A stretch of 64,000 bases of DNA. Source: Dendrobates tinctorius. Taxonomy: Eukaryota. Positions 60,661 to 64,000 of this stretch are shown in pieces. Within the stretch, counting starts at the first letter, position 1. The number at the start of each line of letters is the position of its first letter. The stretch lies in NCBI RefSeq assembly GCF_039654945.1, contig NW_027361819.1, positions 2,666,001 to 2,730,000 on the forward strand, given 5' to 3'. A model generated the notes under the pieces. That model had not been told where the DNA came from and did not search any database. It saw nothing but the letters and a program-made list of their open reading frames with translations. The position numbers and the translations under genes are program-made.

Positions 60661-60828
60661 TCGGCGGGAGTGTCTGCCCATCTGGCCCCTGTTGAAAGCC
60701 ATGTTCTGCCCATGTCAGGCAAGCAGCAGTGACTCTGCCCCGCCTGCGGTGTTACAGGCGCCACCTCGGCAGCGGGTTCACCATCCGCCCTCGGAGCAGA
60801 CGTCCGTCTTCTCCAACCTTTGGATTGA

Positions 60829-60834
60829 AATAAA
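60829..60834 (+). terminator. Probable NUDT9 polyadenylation signal
   Basis: AATAAA about 170 nt after the stop codon, followed by GT-rich sequence. Confidence 0.7.
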
Positions 60835-60956
60835 AGAAGTTTCCTGATTGGCGTTGTGTTCTCTGCGGAAACTAAGGATTGTGTAACCGCTGCCCGGGAG
60901 GGGCGACACCACCCAAGTACACTGCGTCCTTCAGCTGCCCCCAGAATCACGTGTAC

Positions 60957-63611
60957 CTCCCACCCCGAGAAGAGCGTCCGCACTACTGTGGAGGCTGCTC
61001 CCACCCCGAGAAGAGCGTCCGCGCTACTGTGGAGGCCGCTCCCACCCCGAGAAGAGCGTCCGCGCTACTGTGGAGGCCGCTCCCACCCCGAGAAGAGCGT
61101 CCGCGCTACTGTGGAGGCCGCTCCCACCCCGAGAAGAGCGTCCGCACTACTGTGGAGGCCGCTCCCACCCCGAGAAGAGCGTCCACACTACTGTGGAGGC
61201 CGCTCCCACCCCGAGAAGAGCGTCCGCGCTACTGAGAAGGCCGTTCCCACCCCGAGAAGAGCGTCCGCGCTACTGAGGCCGCTCCCACCCCGAGAAGAGC
61301 GTCCGTACTACTGAGGAGGCCGCTCCCACCCCGAGAAGAGCATCCGCGCTACTGAGGAGGCCGCTCCCACCCCGAGAAGAGCATCCGCGCTACTGAGGAG
61401 GCCGCTCCCACCCCGAGAAGAGCGTCCGCGCTACTGAGGAGGCCGCTCCCACCCCCAGTAGAGCACGCGCCCTACTGAGGAGGCCGCTCCCACCCCGAGA
61501 AGAGCTTCCGCGCTACTGAGGAGGCCGCTCCCACCCCGAGAAGAGCGTCCGCCCTACTGAGGAGGCCGCTCCCACCCCGAGAAGAGCGTCCGCGCTACTG
61601 AGGAGGCCGCTCCCACCCCGAGAAGAGCGTCCGCGCTACTGAGGAGGCCGCTCCCACCCCCAGTAGAGCACGCGCCCTACTGAGGAGGCCGCTCCCACCC
61701 CCAGTAGAGCACGCGCCCTACTGAGGAGGCCGCTCCCACCCCGAGAAGAGCGTCCGCGCTACTGAGGAGGCCGCTCCCACCCCGAGAAGAGCGTCCGCGC
61801 TACTGAGGAGGCCGCTCCCACCCCCAGTAGAGCATGCGCCCTACTGAGGAGGCCACTCCCACCCCCAGTAGAGCATGCGCCCTACTGAGGAGGCCGCTCC
61901 CACCCCAGTAGAGCACGCGCCCTACTGTGGAGGCCGCTCCCACCCCGAGAAGAGCGTCCACACTACTGTGGAGGCCGCTCCCACCCCGAGAAGAGCGTCC
62001 GCGCTACTGAGAAGGCCGCTCCCACCCCGAGAAGAGCGTCCGCGCTACTGAGGCCGCTCCCACCCCGAGAAGAGCGTCCGTACTACTGAGGAGGCCGCTC
62101 CCACCCCGAGAAGAGCATCCGCGCTACTGAGGAGGCCGCTCCCACCCCGAGAAGAGCATCCGCGCTACTGAGGAGGCCGCTCCCACCCCGAGAAGAGCGT
62201 CCGCGCTACTGAGGAGGCCGCTCCCACCCCCAGTAGAGCACGCGCCCTACTGAGGAGGCCGCTCCCACCCCGAGAAGAGCTTCCGCGCTACTGAGGAGGC
62301 CGCTCCCACCCCGAGAAGAGCGTCCGCCCTACTGAGGAGGCCGCTCCCACCCCGAGAAGAGCGTCCGCGCTACTGAGGAGGCCGCTCCCACCCCGAGAAG
62401 AGCGTCCGCGCTACTGAGGAGGCCGCTCCCACCCCCAGTAGAGCACGCGCCCTACTGAGGAGGCCGCTCCCACCCCCAGTAGAGCACGCGCCCTACTGAG
62501 GAGGCCGCTCCCACCCCGAGAAGAGCGTCCGCGCTACTGAGGAGGCCGCTCCCACCCCGAGAAGAGCGTCCGCGCTACTGAGGAGGCCGCTCCCACCCCC
62601 AGTAGAGCATGCGCCCTACTGAGGAGGCCACTCCCACCCCCAGTAGAGCATGCGCCCTACTGAGGAGGCCGCTCCCACCCCAGTAGAGCACGCGCCCTAC
62701 TGAGGAGGCCGCTCCCACCCCCAGTAGAGCACGCGCCCTACTGAGGAGGCCGCTCCCACCCCCAGTAGAGCACGCGCCCTACTGAGGAGGCCGCTCCCAC
62801 CCCCAGTAGAGCACGCGCCCTACTGAGGAGGCCGCTCCCACCCCCAGTAGAGCACGCGCCCTACTGAGGAGGCCGCTCCCACCCCCAGTAGAGCACGCGC
62901 CCTACTGAGGAGGCCGCTCCCACCCCCAGTAGAGCACGCGCCCTACTGAGGAGGCCGCTCCCACCCCCAGTAGAGCACGCGCCCTACTGAGGAGGCCGCT
63001 CCCACCCCGAGAAGAGCGTCCGCGCTACTGAGGAGGCCGCTCCCACCCCGAGAAGAGCGTCCGCGCTACGGAGGAGGCCGCTCCCACCCCGAGAAGAGCG
63101 TCCGCGCTACTGAGGAGGCCGCTCCCACCCCGAGAAGAGCGTCCGCTCTACTGAGGAGGCCGCTCCCACCCCGAGAAGAGCGTCCGCGCTACTGAGGAGA
63201 CCGCTCCCACCCTGAGAAGAGCGTCCGCGCTACTGAGGAGACCGCTCCCACCCCGAGAAGAGCTTCCGCACTACTGAGGAGGCCGCTCCCACCCCCAGTA
63301 GAGCACGCGCCCTACTGAGGAGGCCGCTCCCACCCCAAGAAGAGCGTCCGCCCTACTGAGGAGGCCGCTCCCACCCCAAGAAGAGCGTCCGCGCTACTGA
63401 GGAGGCCGCTCCCACCCCGAGAAGAGCGTCCGCGCTACTGAGGAGGCCGCTCCCACCCCGAGAAGAGCGTCCGCGCTACTGAGGAGGCCGCTCCCACCCC
63501 GAGAAGAGCGTCCGCTCTACTGAGGAGGCCGCTCCCACCCCGAGAAGAGCGTCCGCGCTACTGAGGAGACCGCTCCCACCCCGAGAAGAGCGTCCGCACT
63601 ACTGAGGCCGC
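60957..63611. repeat. 41-bp GC-rich minisatellite, ~65 copies
   Basis: Unit CTCCCACCCCGAGAAGAGCGTCCGCGCTACTGAGGAGGCCG with a CAGTAGAGCACGCGCC variant. Confidence 0.97.
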
Positions 63612-63861
63612 CTCACACCTCCCATGGTATGTGCTCACGGCAGCCAATCAGCAGACATCTCAGCTGCACTAGAGAAATTAAACCTGACTGTGGTTGGTTG
63701 TTATGTGTAGCCAATCAGATCTCTGCAAAATAGAAAGTGAAGAGCTGGTTGCTATGGCTGCATCGTCCATCTTTGAGGCCTCACGGCAGGTCGTTATAAC
63801 CGGTCCTGGAGGCTGAGGAGGCCGGGGATGTTCTATACGGCCCGAGGTATCCTCCACTAGG

Positions 63862-64000
63862 TACACGGCTCAGCAGTCAGTATCACACAGGAGAGGATTA
63901 GATACACGGCTTAGCAGTCAGTATCACACAGGAGAGGATTAGATACACGGCTCAGCAGTCAGTATCACACAGGATAGGATTAGATACACTGCTCAGCAGT
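63862..64000. repeat. Start of another 41-bp tandem repeat
   Basis: Unit TACACGGCTCAGCAGTCAGTATCACACAGGAGAGGATTAGA, running off the window. Confidence 0.9.

Noticed and set aside
60856-61314. Pro/Arg-rich ORFs downstream of NUDT9
   Set aside because: Products of the 41-bp minisatellite beyond the polyadenylation signal.

Overview
Vertebrate genomic DNA, most likely an anuran amphibian (inferred from the repeat families and the single-coding-exon TRIM). The window is very rich in transposons and minisatellites. Host genes: a complete 8-exon NUDT9 (+, 54120-60660), an intact single-coding-exon RING/B-box/coiled-coil/PRY-SPRY TRIM gene (-, 44132-45613), a deleted TRIM paralogue (-, ~7380-8091), and a 5'-truncated, frameshifted SULT1-family sulfotransferase pseudogene (+, 30727-39983). 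Positions ~1055-10125 and ~40066-47740 are two copies of a tandem segmental duplication about 39 kb apart, with patchy identity. Each copy shows the empty site for insertions in the other. Mobile elements: an intact Gmr1-type Gypsy (SCAN-like Gag, integrase before RT), three L2 LINEs (one with a 2A-like peptide), nested Tc1 elements, several solo or deleted LTRs, Harbinger, hAT and T2/Kolobok MITEs, Helitrons, and Penelope-like fragments with hammerhead ribozyme motifs, including a ~290-bp TSD-flanked hammerhead mini-element. No clearly new biological system is demonstrable from the sequence alone. The best candidates for follow-up are listed as findings.
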